From Armatimonadota bacterium (GTDB lineage Bacteria; Armatimonadota; SYMT01), in contig JAWLHY010000007.1 in NCBI GenBank assembly GCA_041690135.1, positions 256,001 through 320,000 of the forward strand: a stretch of DNA of 64,000 bases, read 5' to 3'. The notes below the pieces were generated by a model that saw only the letters and a list, made by a program, of their open reading frames with translations, was not told the origin of the DNA and made no database searches. Of the stretch, positions 20,124 to 28,987 are shown in pieces (position 1 is the stretch's first letter; the number at the start of each line of letters is the position of its first letter). The position numbers were made by a program, and so were the translations under genes.

Positions 20124-21569
20124 ATGTGGGCCGCGTTTGTTATCGCCGTCGGGATGGCCGGCGCGGCGCGGGCCGAGGCTCCCGCGGAAGCGCTGGTGGA
20201 GCGGTACGGGAAGGCGGTGGTGACCATCACCGTGACCACTGTTGACGGACAGGCACGGCTGGGGACGGGCTTTTTCGTTACCCCCGAGGGGCGCCTGATC
20301 ACCAATCTTCACGTCATTCGCGGCGCCGAGAAGGTCGTCGTGCGGAAGACGGACGGCACGAGCTTCGACGCCGTGGAGGTGATGGCGCACGACCTCCCGC
20401 AGGACTACGCCATTCTCAAAGTCGCGACGTCCCGGCAGCCGACCGTGCTCCTGGGAGACTCCGACCTGCCGAAGATCGGCGCGCGTGTCTACGTGATCGG
20501 CAATCCCCAGGGCCTGGAGAACACGGTTACGGACGGCCTGCTGAGCGGAAGGCGGATGCTGAAGGAAGGCGTGCCGCTGCTTCAGATCAGCGCCCCCATC
20601 TCCACCGGTAGCAGCGGCAGCCCGGTGTTCGATGCGGAAGGGCGGGTCATCGGGGTTGCCGTCTCGCGGGTCGTCGACGGTCAGAATCTCAACTTCGCCA
20701 TTCCGATCAACAGCTTGAAGGGGGAGCTCACCCGCACCGCGGGTCGCACGCTTTCGGAACTGGATGCAACGGTAGCACTGGAGGAGGCACTGGCCGCCCT
20801 GAACGAGGATGACCTGGATCAGGCCACGGAGTTGTACGAGAAAGTCGCGCGCTCTCCGCACGATCCGCGCACCCGTCGGCTGGCCGCCTCCCTGGCGTTG
20901 TCCCTGATTTCGGCTCGGATCGCCGCCAACTGCGAGGCCTACGACCTCCTCAAGAAAGCTGTGGAACTGCCGCTCCCGGACAAAGACGACAAGTTGGCGC
21001 CTCCGGACGTCCCTCGTCACCGGGAGGCCTACCGCCGGTTACTTCAGGCCATCCAGCGCCGGTGCCTCTCAGACCTGGATGCCATGACCCGACTTTACCT
21101 GGACTGCCAGGATGTCCTCGACCGCGAGCCGGCAGCGCTGACCTTCCGGCTGGGGCGACCATTCGAAGCCGAGGCGCTGGCCGTGGAGCAGGCGCATGTG
21201 CGCATCGCGGAGGGCGTTCTGAACCAGACCCCCTTTGCGGGAGGGCTGGGAGAGGCGGCCTTCTACCTTCGTGCGCGCCACAAACACGCCTGGCTCCAGA
21301 GCCTGGGCATGGAAACCGCGTTCCTCGGCAACATCCGCGAGTGGCCCCGGCTGCCCCGCCTCCTGCAAACGCGCGCCCTCATCATCCCTCCCACACTGCC
21401 GTTCGGGGTGTTGACGGATGCCGTGTCCGCTCAGATCGTCGCCCACCCGGATCTCGGCGACACTCCCGCCTTCAACCGCCTGGTGAACGAACGCTATATC
21501 CGGATCAAAGAGCTCCACGAAAGCCGCCGGAAGCCCACAACCCCAGCTACAAACACAACCCCAAAATAG
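20124..21569 (+). CDS. Trypsin-like (S1C) serine protease with helical C-terminal domain
   Basis: Catalytic triad TNLHV / DYAILKV / GSSGSP, plus IGNPQGL. Signal peptide. Start uncertain (20097 or 20124). Confidence 0.85.
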   Translation: MWAAFVIAVGMAGAARAEAPAEALVERYGKAVVTITVTTVDGQARLGTGFFVTPEGRLITNLHVIRGAEKVVVRKTDGTSFDAVEVMAHDLPQDYAILKVATSRQPTVLLGDSDLPKIGARVYVIGNPQGLENTVTDGLLSGRRMLKEGVPLLQISAPISTGSSGSPVFDAEGRVIGVAVSRVVDGQNLNFAIPINSLKGELTRTAGRTLSELDATVALEEALAALNEDDLDQATELYEKVARSPHDPRTRRLAASLALSLISARIAANCEAYDLLKKAVELPLPDKDDKLAPPDVPRHREAYRRLLQAIQRRCLSDLDAMTRLYLDCQDVLDREPAALTFRLGRPFEAEALAVEQAHVRIAEGVLNQTPFAGGLGEAAFYLRARHKHAWLQSLGMETAFLGNIREWPRLPRLLQTRALIIPPTLPFGVLTDAVSAQIVAHPDLGDTPAFNRLVNERYIRIKELHESRRKPTTPATNTTPK

Positions 21570-21802
21570 CGAGTTGACTCCGTCGAGGAGGCAACTCGTC
21601 TCAAAGACGAGAACGTGGAAAGGGAATGCCCATGGCCCGAGACGCGGCGCCCAAGCCGAACCGACGCCACTCCAATCGTCTCTGCGAGGAGGGATAGAAC
21701 CCGACCGACTTCACAGACACACGCCGCCGCAAGTTCGGAGCACAGTAACCCTGAATCTGAACCTCGTGACCCGACGCGAGTCTACCCGGCGAAGCTAGGG
21801 CA

Positions 21803-22005
21803 GGCCCCGGGTCAGGGAACCCGCCCTTACCCGCGACTCTTTATCCTTATCCTATTCCTAATCCATCCCGGCCCCCCTGGTCAGGGATGTGGTCTTGAGT
21901 CCGGAGTCTTTATCCTTATCCTGATCCTAATCCATCCCGGCCCCCTGGTCAGGGAACTCGGCATTACACGGGACTCATTATCCTTATCCTTATCTTTATC
22001 TTTAT
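21803..22005. repeat. Tandem repeat of about 68 bp period (about 3 units) containing TTATCC hexamers
   Basis: ggcccc..ggtcaggga at 21803, 21870 and 21939. ga(c/g)tc.ttatccttatcc at 21835, 21904 and 21972. Confidence 0.8.
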
Positions 22006-22023
22006 CAAGTCCAGAGGCACCGA

Positions 22024-22977
22024 TTGGACCTGGCGATTTCCCCTAAAACCCCCTCGCTCCTCCAGCGGCTGCGACCGGCGAACGGCCTGGTGGCCGCGGG
22101 CCTGGTGCTCGTGGCCTTGCTGGCTGCGGCCGCGCTTTTTGCGCCCTGGATCGCTCCGCACGGGCCGGATATGCAGTTCCAGGACGGGTTGGATGCCCAT
22201 GGGATGCCGCTTCCCCCCAACGGACGCTTTCCGCTGGGCACCGACAGCCTGGGGAGGGACGTCCTCAGCCGGGTCATCTATGGATCGCGGGTGTCACTGC
22301 TGGTGGGAACGGTTGCCATGCTCACGGCGACTACCATCGGGCTCTTCGTTGGCCTTCTTGCGGGTTACTTCCGGGGCTGGGTGGAAACGCTCCTGATGCG
22401 TTTCACCGATGTGATGATGACGATCCCCGGCCTCCTCCTGGCGATTGCTCTCGCCGGGATGATGGACGGCCGGACGGTTCACTTGCATCCCGGCTTCATC
22501 CCAGCCCATTTCCTGGACTTCCGGCTCGAGCGCGGCGTGGTAAGTGTCTTCCTGGTGATCGGCGTTGTGAGTTGGACCGGCCTGGCGCGCATCGTGCGCG
22601 GACAGGTCCTGCTGCTGGGAAGTCGCGAGTTCGTGGAGGCCGCTCAGGTGCTCGGCAGCTCGCACGCGCGCATCCTCCTCCGGCATCTTCTCCCGAACGT
22701 CTTGCCCACCCTCGCCGTCCTTGCCACGATGAGTACCGCCGGGACGATCTCGCTGGAGGCTGGCTTGAGTTACCTAGGGGTGGGAGTTCCCCCGCCGGCA
22801 CCGTCGTGGGGGAGCATGATCAGCGAGGGCCAGGCCTACCTCCTGGTGGCGCCCTGGATCGTCCTCCCGCCCGGCATCGCCGTCATCCTGGCCGTCGTCG
22901 GCTTCAACCTCCTGGGCCAGGGCCTCCAGAACGCCCTCGACCCCCGCCAGGCAAGAGCGATCCAATCCCAACGCTAA
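22024..22977 (+). CDS. Peptide/nickel ABC transporter permease (DppC/OppC type)
   Basis: LGTDSLGRDVLSR, EFVEAAQVLG EAA loop, RHLLPN, PSWGSMI. Confidence 0.92.
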   Translation: MDLAISPKTPSLLQRLRPANGLVAAGLVLVALLAAAALFAPWIAPHGPDMQFQDGLDAHGMPLPPNGRFPLGTDSLGRDVLSRVIYGSRVSLLVGTVAMLTATTIGLFVGLLAGYFRGWVETLLMRFTDVMMTIPGLLLAIALAGMMDGRTVHLHPGFIPAHFLDFRLERGVVSVFLVIGVVSWTGLARIVRGQVLLLGSREFVEAAQVLGSSHARILLRHLLPNVLPTLAVLATMSTAGTISLEAGLSYLGVGVPPPAPSWGSMISEGQAYLLVAPWIVLPPGIAVILAVVGFNLLGQGLQNALDPRQARAIQSQR

Positions 22978-23252
22978 TCGGCAAAGGGAACCGAATTAAC
23001 CGCACCGCCCAAGGGGCATCCGGCAGAGGACGCAGAGGTAACGCAGAGAAGTCGAGGAGAAGAAGCACAACGTCTTGGGGTGGGGCGAAGTGTTGGAGCT
23101 TCCCCGGATTTTACGGAATGGAGCCGCAAGGTGCCTTCCGACCAATGTCAATGATCCACCGCGCTGCCTCATAGTGTGGCTTTTCGCGATTTCGCTCTTT
23201 CGCGATTTCGCGTTCTCTTTCGGTTCTTGTGGCGCTGCAGATTGGGGGTGTA

Positions 23253-24419
23253 ATGCGGACACCGATAAGGTTGCTTCTACCGGGGCTGGTGGCCCTGGGT
23301 TCCGTCGCTGTGGATGCAACGAGTACTGCGGGAACAAGAATCGCGGATGCAAATGAGTACTGTCCACCCCTGAGCCTCGCCTCCATCCCAGTTACCAGAA
23401 CCCCACTCCCGCCACGAGCCCTCACGCATTACGCATCACGTATTACGAGCACATCACGCATTACGAGCCCATTACGCAATACAAGCCCCACCCCCACGAC
23501 AAGCCCCACCCCCGCAGCGGCCCCCTTCGCCTCCCCGGTGCTGGAGCGCCTCGCGCCGCTGGTGGGTGGGGAGTGGGTCAGCCGCTCGAAGCTCTCGACC
23601 GCAGAGCCGGCGGCGCGGTTTACCTATTCCTGGGAGCGGGAAGGCAAGACCCTCCGCGCGGAGGGCCGGGTGGGGTCCACACCGACTACTGCGGTCATTG
23701 GGTGGGACCCCGCGGCGAGGAAGACCTACTACCTCGATATCCACGGTCCCGGCACCCTCTACTTCGGACATGCCACTGTGGAGGGGGATGAGGTCGCCTT
23801 CGACTTCCGCAACCTCATCGGCGATGGGGAGCACTGGCATTCCCGCGAGCGGCTGGTCTACGCGAGCACGTATCGAGCGGTACTCCGGCCGGCGAAAGGC
23901 GCTGCGAAGGGCGATCTCGTAAAGATCGACCTGGTGCGCCCGGAAGCGGCCCTCCCGCCGGATCCCCCGCAGCCGCCGGTAGTCCTCAAGCCGGAGGATC
24001 TGCACCCCATCCTCGCGCGGCTGGAGCTACTCATCGGCGGCACCTGGAAGTCCGAAGCCCGCGACCCCTCTGGCAAACCGTTCGTGGAGCTCTCCTACCG
24101 CTGGGGATCCGGCCGCAAGACCATCGTCGGAAAGGGGGCCATGGCCGGGATGAAGGTGGAGAGCGTCATCGGCTGGGACCCGAAAGAAGAGAAACTCTAT
24201 TACCTGGACCGTCACGGCCCGGAAACGGTCTACTTCGGCCATTACACGATCCACGACGAGGACATCACCGTCGATTTCCGCACGCTGGTGGGGCGGCCGG
24301 GCCAGTTCCGGACCAACGCCTGGTTTTCCGACACAAACACCTATATGGCGATTGTCCGTCCGATGAAAGACGGACAGGTCGGCAAAGGCCACAAGGTGAA
24401 ACTGGTCAGAACGAAATGA
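23253..24419 (+). CDS. Exported hypothetical protein with two tandem homologous beta-rich domains
   Basis: Internal duplication: L..L.GG.W ... IGWDP...K.YYLD.HGP.T.YFGH occurs twice. Signal peptide and repeat-derived linker. Confidence 0.75.
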   Translation: MRTPIRLLLPGLVALGSVAVDATSTAGTRIADANEYCPPLSLASIPVTRTPLPPRALTHYASRITSTSRITSPLRNTSPTPTTSPTPAAAPFASPVLERLAPLVGGEWVSRSKLSTAEPAARFTYSWEREGKTLRAEGRVGSTPTTAVIGWDPAARKTYYLDIHGPGTLYFGHATVEGDEVAFDFRNLIGDGEHWHSRERLVYASTYRAVLRPAKGAAKGDLVKIDLVRPEAALPPDPPQPPVVLKPEDLHPILARLELLIGGTWKSEARDPSGKPFVELSYRWGSGRKTIVGKGAMAGMKVESVIGWDPKEEKLYYLDRHGPETVYFGHYTIHDEDITVDFRTLVGRPGQFRTNAWFSDTNTYMAIVRPMKDGQVGKGHKVKLVRTK

Positions 24420-24446
24420 CCGCATTCAGCGACCGAGTGAGGTGTT

Positions 24447-24466
24447 GTGCCTGCGGAGGCAGGCAC
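24447..24466. repeat. Uninterrupted REP-like hairpin (empty-site counterpart)
   Basis: gtgcctgc ggag gcaggcac. Confidence 0.6.
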
Positions 24467-24545
24467 CCCGGAGGGTTCGGGAGCGACGTGGATTTCATCC
24501 CGTCGCGAGAGTCGGGGAGAATCGAATTGCCCTGGAGAAAGCACC

Positions 24546-24637
24546 AGTCGGCGCCGGTTTACGCCCGGGTAACCACGGAGTGGGTGCGGGTGCCCTTAGG
24601 GCGTTCGTGCCTGTTCAGCCTGCGACTTCAGTCGCCT
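24546..24637 (+). repeat. REP-like element with nested micro-inserts
   Basis: agtcggc gccg [gtttacgcccg(ggtaaccacggagtgggt)gcgggt] gcc...cagcctgcgacttcagtcgcc. Homologous to 51039-51108. Confidence 0.65.
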
Positions 24638-24651
24638 ATTGGCTTTCCCAG

Positions 24652-26325
24652 ATGCGTCCACTCCTGGCGGTAATCCTGATCGGCGGCATGGCACTCCCCG
24701 GGTGCGTGCGGGCGAAGGCGGCGCGACCGGATGGGCTGGTGCCGCCCGCGACGCCGGGCAACGTGCTGCGCCTTGCAGTGGAGACGGACATCCGCACCCT
24801 CGACCCGGCGGTTTCGACGGACTGGGACTCGCAGCCACTGGTCCGCCTGCTGTACCAGGGTCTCCTGGACTATGACGATGAGACGCGGCTGATCCCGTGG
24901 CTCGCGAAAGAGTTGCCGGAGGTTTCGGCGGATGCCACGACTTTCACCTTCCGGCTGCGTCCCGGAATGCGGTTTTCGAGCGGGCGCGAGGTGACGGCCG
25001 AGGACTGCGTGTATGCCCTGGAGCGCAGCTTGGACCCGGCCACGAAGTCGTGGGGCGACGGCTTCCTGCGCGGCATTGCCGGGGCGCGCGAGTACAACCA
25101 GGCGCGGGCGCGCGATGGCTCTCTGCCCCTCGGCCCGAATGGGCTCCGACCGCGCCGGGCAGAACCGCGGCACGTGGAGGGGCTGCGGGCGCTGGACCGC
25201 TACACGCTCCAGATCCGGCTGGCGGTGCCGGACCCGGCCTTCCCCTACGTGATGACGATGACCTTCACCTACCCCGTCCCGCGGGAAGCGGTAGAGGCTG
25301 CGGGAGAGGACTTCTTCCGAGAGCCGGTGGGCACCGGTCCGTTCGTCCTCAAGGAGTGGAAGCGGAACCTGCGGATGAGACTGGAGCGGAACCCCGTCTA
25401 CTCGGGTCCCTACCATCCGAAGCTGGATGCCGTGGAGATCCTGATGGGGGTGGACGAGGTGGTCCAGCAAATGATGTTCGAGCGCGGAGAACTGGCCTTT
25501 ACGCCTAAGATTCCCGACCCGGACTTCATCCGCATGACGACCGACCCGCGCTGGAAGGCGTGCGTGGTGACGATGCCCTCGAACGAGGTGGCCTGTTTTC
25601 ACATGAACACCGAGATGGAGCCGTTCGATGACCGCCGGGTGCGCCAGGCCATGAATTACGCGGTCGACAAGGAGCGGATTCTCCGCCTCATCAACGGGCG
25701 TGGATTGCCCGCCCGGGGGGTGGTTCCGCCCGCGATGCCCGGCTTCAACCCGAACCTGCCGGCGTACGAGTACCATCCCGGCCGCGCGAAGCGTCTCCTT
25801 GCCGAAGCGGGATATCCGAACGGGTTCACCGTGCCGATGTGGGTAAGCAACAACACCCGCTATGTGAAACTCTCCCAGGCATTGCAGCAAGATCTCGCCA
25901 AGGTGGGGGTGAAGGTGGAACTGAAAACTGTCGCCCCTACCGTGGCCAGCACGGCGTACCGGAAACGGAAGACGGTCCCATTCGGGTATTCGGGTTGGTA
26001 TATGGACTACCCGGACCCTGGAAACTTTCTGGATACGTTTCTCAACGGAGAGCGCATCACCGAGGATCACTGCCTCAACCTGGCGTTCTACTCCAATCCC
26101 GAGGTAAACGATCTGCTCAAGCGGGCCGGGCGGGAAACCGATCGCACGCGGCGGATCGCCCTCTATCAGCAGGCGGAGCGGCTGGTGGTGGAGGACGCGC
26201 CGTGGATCTTTCTCTATTATCCGGTGCGGCACAAACTCCGGCATCCGTGGCTGAAGGACTTCAGCACCCATGCCGTCTGGCCCGGACAGTACGAACGATA
26301 CCGGATTGAACTTGATGAGTCGTAA
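24652..26325 (+). CDS. ABC transporter substrate-binding protein, family 5 (DppA-like)
   Basis: TLDPA, TFTFRLR.G..FS.G, PVGTGPF, PFDD.RVRQA.NYAVD, W.MDYPDP. Lipobox-like LPGC. Confidence 0.92.
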   Translation: MRPLLAVILIGGMALPGCVRAKAARPDGLVPPATPGNVLRLAVETDIRTLDPAVSTDWDSQPLVRLLYQGLLDYDDETRLIPWLAKELPEVSADATTFTFRLRPGMRFSSGREVTAEDCVYALERSLDPATKSWGDGFLRGIAGAREYNQARARDGSLPLGPNGLRPRRAEPRHVEGLRALDRYTLQIRLAVPDPAFPYVMTMTFTYPVPREAVEAAGEDFFREPVGTGPFVLKEWKRNLRMRLERNPVYSGPYHPKLDAVEILMGVDEVVQQMMFERGELAFTPKIPDPDFIRMTTDPRWKACVVTMPSNEVACFHMNTEMEPFDDRRVRQAMNYAVDKERILRLINGRGLPARGVVPPAMPGFNPNLPAYEYHPGRAKRLLAEAGYPNGFTVPMWVSNNTRYVKLSQALQQDLAKVGVKVELKTVAPTVASTAYRKRKTVPFGYSGWYMDYPDPGNFLDTFLNGERITEDHCLNLAFYSNPEVNDLLKRAGRETDRTRRIALYQQAERLVVEDAPWIFLYYPVRHKLRHPWLKDFSTHAVWPGQYERYRIELDES

Positions 26326-27997
26326 AGCTCTCCCGCGCCTGGCGTGGGTTGTGGTCCTTGTGGCGGTCGGCTGGCTGGCGGTCCGCGGGCTATCCCAGCC
26401 GGGCGGAGCGATGCCTGCCGGCAACGCGGATAACATCCTGCGTCTGGCCCTACCGACGGACGTAAAGTCGCTGGACACCGCGATCGCCTATGAGGTCGAA
26501 TCCTGGCCGCTGGTCCGCCTCACGAACCAGGGTCTGTTGGACTACGGCGAAGGGGCTGACCTGCAGCCCTGGCTCGCGCGCGAGATGCCCGAGATCTCCC
26601 GAGACGGGCGGAGCTTCACCTTCCGCATTCGGCCGGGCATCCGTTTCTCCAACGGTCGCGAGTTGATGGCGGAGGACTTCGTCTACACCCTAGAGCGCTT
26701 GCTCGACCCGGCGACCAGGTCCCCTGGCGATGGGTTCTTCCGTAACATCCGGGGGGCGCGGGCCTTCCAGAAGGCACGGGAGAAAGACTCGGAGTTGGCG
26801 CGGGAGACGGGGGCTCCCCGGGAGCGTCGGACGGCGCCCACCCGGGTGGCCGGTCTCCAGGCGCTCGACTCGCACACGCTGCGGATCGAGCTGGAAGCGC
26901 CGGACCTCTCGTTCCTTCACGTGATGGCGATGCCGTTCACCTACGCGGTGGCGCGGGAGCAGGTGGAGAGGTGGGGAGAATCCTACTACCAGCATCCGAT
27001 CGGTACGGGTCCCTACGTGCTCACCGAGTGGCGGCGCAGTACGCGGCTCCGGTTCGCGCGCAACCCGTACTATAACGATCAGGACCGTCCCGTCCGGATC
27101 GACGGCGTGGACGTGGTCATCGGCCCGGACGAACTGCTCCAGCAAATGATGTTCGAGCGGGGTGAGTTGAGCATGCTGGCCGCTATCCCCGACCCGGACT
27201 TCATCCGGATCACCACCGGGGAGCAGTGGAAAGATCATGTGGTGAGCATGCCGACGTGTGCAATCCGCTATCTCACGATGAACACCGAGATGGAGCCGTT
27301 CCTCGACCGACGGGTGCGGCAGGCGATGAATCACGCCATCAACAAGGAGCGTCTTCTGCAGATCATCAAAGGGCAGGGGACGGCCGCGAAGAGCGTCCTG
27401 CCGCCGAACATGCCCGGTTACAACCCTGCTCTGCCGGAGTACGCCTACAACCCCGCCCGGGCCCGCGCACTCCTCGCGGAGGCCGGAAAGAAGGGCGGTT
27501 TTGAGGTGGACCTCTGGGTGTCGATCGACGACAGCCGCAACGTGAAGATCGGCCAGGCGATCCAGCAGGACCTGGGCGAGGTCGGCGTGAAGGTGAGCCT
27601 TAAGGTGGTGTCGCGTTCCGTGTTCCTGGAGTCGACCGGAACGCGCAGGAAACTGGCACTCGCTCTCAACTCCTGGTATCAGGACTACCCGGACCCGAGC
27701 AACTTTCTCGATGTGCTGCTGAACGGGGAGCGGATCGTCAACACCCGCTCCAACAACCGCGCCTTCTATTCGAACCCGAGAGTGAACGAGCTGCTGAAGC
27801 AGGCAGCTGTGGAGACCGATTCCGAGCGCCGCTACGGGCTCTACCAGGAAGCGGAGAAGATCATCGTGGACGATGCGCCCTGGCTTTTCCTCTTTCACCC
27901 ACGCGTGTACCTGTTGCGGCAGCCCTGGCTGCATGGCCTGAAACCCCACCCGGTCTGGCCGGTGCGCTACGAGAACCTGTGGATGGAACGCTCATGA
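26315..27997 (+). CDS. Second family-5 substrate-binding protein (paralog of the upstream gene)
   Basis: Same motifs. Shares QQMMFERGEL, IPDPDFIR.T and LNGERI with the first SBP. Confidence 0.92.
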   Translation: MSRKALPRLAWVVVLVAVGWLAVRGLSQPGGAMPAGNADNILRLALPTDVKSLDTAIAYEVESWPLVRLTNQGLLDYGEGADLQPWLAREMPEISRDGRSFTFRIRPGIRFSNGRELMAEDFVYTLERLLDPATRSPGDGFFRNIRGARAFQKAREKDSELARETGAPRERRTAPTRVAGLQALDSHTLRIELEAPDLSFLHVMAMPFTYAVAREQVERWGESYYQHPIGTGPYVLTEWRRSTRLRFARNPYYNDQDRPVRIDGVDVVIGPDELLQQMMFERGELSMLAAIPDPDFIRITTGEQWKDHVVSMPTCAIRYLTMNTEMEPFLDRRVRQAMNHAINKERLLQIIKGQGTAAKSVLPPNMPGYNPALPEYAYNPARARALLAEAGKKGGFEVDLWVSIDDSRNVKIGQAIQQDLGEVGVKVSLKVVSRSVFLESTGTRRKLALALNSWYQDYPDPSNFLDVLLNGERIVNTRSNNRAFYSNPRVNELLKQAAVETDSERRYGLYQEAEKIIVDDAPWLFLFHPRVYLLRQPWLHGLKPHPVWPVRYENLWMERS

Positions 27998-28914
27998 TGC
28001 AGCGCCTGTTTTCGCGCCTCGGCTGGGCGGTGGTTACGCTCTTCGGGACGTCCCTGATCGTCTTCCTGATGGCGCACGCCGTGCCCGCCGACCCGGTCTC
28101 CGCCTTCGCCGGACCGCACGCGGACAAGGAGACGGTGGAGCGCATCCGGAAGGAGTTGGGACTGGACGACCCGCTCTGGCAGCAGTATGCCCGCTACGTG
28201 GGCAAGGCGGCGCGGGGCGATTTGGGGCGCTCCTACGTTACCCAGGAGCCGATCACCGAGGCGATCCTCACCCGGTTTCCCACCACCCTGGCGCTCTCCC
28301 TCGGCGGAATGGCCTTCTGGCTGGCGGTCGGGATTCCGATCGGGGTGATTACCGCCCGGTGGCGTGATACGCCGCTCGACCGCACGGTGCTGGTGCTGGC
28401 GATGATCGGCATCTCACTGCCGACATTCTGGCTGGGTCGCATGTTGCAGTTCCAGCTCGCCTACCGCAGTGGGCTCTTCCCGGTGGCGGGCCTCTACAGT
28501 TGGGCCCACCTGCTGTTACCCTGCCTTACGCTTGGCCTGGTGGGGGTGGGGTGGTACGCGCGGTTGGTGCACACGACCATGGTCGAGGTGTTGGGCCACG
28601 ACTACGTCCGCACGGCTCGCGCCAAGGGCACAGCGGAGCGGATCGTGCTGTTCCGGCACGCGCTCCCCAATGTGCTGATTCCGCTGCTCACCGCTATCGG
28701 CCTGGACCTGGCCGCACTCCTGGGAGGCGTGGTGTTCACGGAGACCGTCTTCGCCCTCCCGGGCGTCGGCGCCCTTTCCGTGCAGGCCGTGCTCAATCTC
28801 GACATCCCGATGATCATGGGGACGGTCCTCTTCGCCGCAGTCCTGGTCGTTACCGCGAACATCCTGGTCGATCTCGTTTATGTCCTGGTGGATCCGCGGG
28901 TGAAGAGCGCTTGA
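27994..28914 (+). CDS. Peptide/nickel ABC transporter permease (DppB/OppB type)
   Basis: GLDDPL..QY, GDLGRS, DYVRTARAKG, RHALPN, DPRV. ATGA overlap with the SBP stop. Confidence 0.92.
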   Translation: MMQRLFSRLGWAVVTLFGTSLIVFLMAHAVPADPVSAFAGPHADKETVERIRKELGLDDPLWQQYARYVGKAARGDLGRSYVTQEPITEAILTRFPTTLALSLGGMAFWLAVGIPIGVITARWRDTPLDRTVLVLAMIGISLPTFWLGRMLQFQLAYRSGLFPVAGLYSWAHLLLPCLTLGLVGVGWYARLVHTTMVEVLGHDYVRTARAKGTAERIVLFRHALPNVLIPLLTAIGLDLAALLGGVVFTETVFALPGVGALSVQAVLNLDIPMIMGTVLFAAVLVVTANILVDLVYVLVDPRVKSA

Positions 28915-28987
28915 GAGGCGGGCGAGAAGCGGTAAGATCGAATCGAAACCCGGGGCGCTTGCCCGCGTCTATTCCGTAGACTACCGG

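Noticed and set aside
21803-22005. Possible CRISPR array
   Set aside because: Only about 3 degenerate units, 16-nt spacers that resemble each other, a low-complexity repeat and no cas genes.
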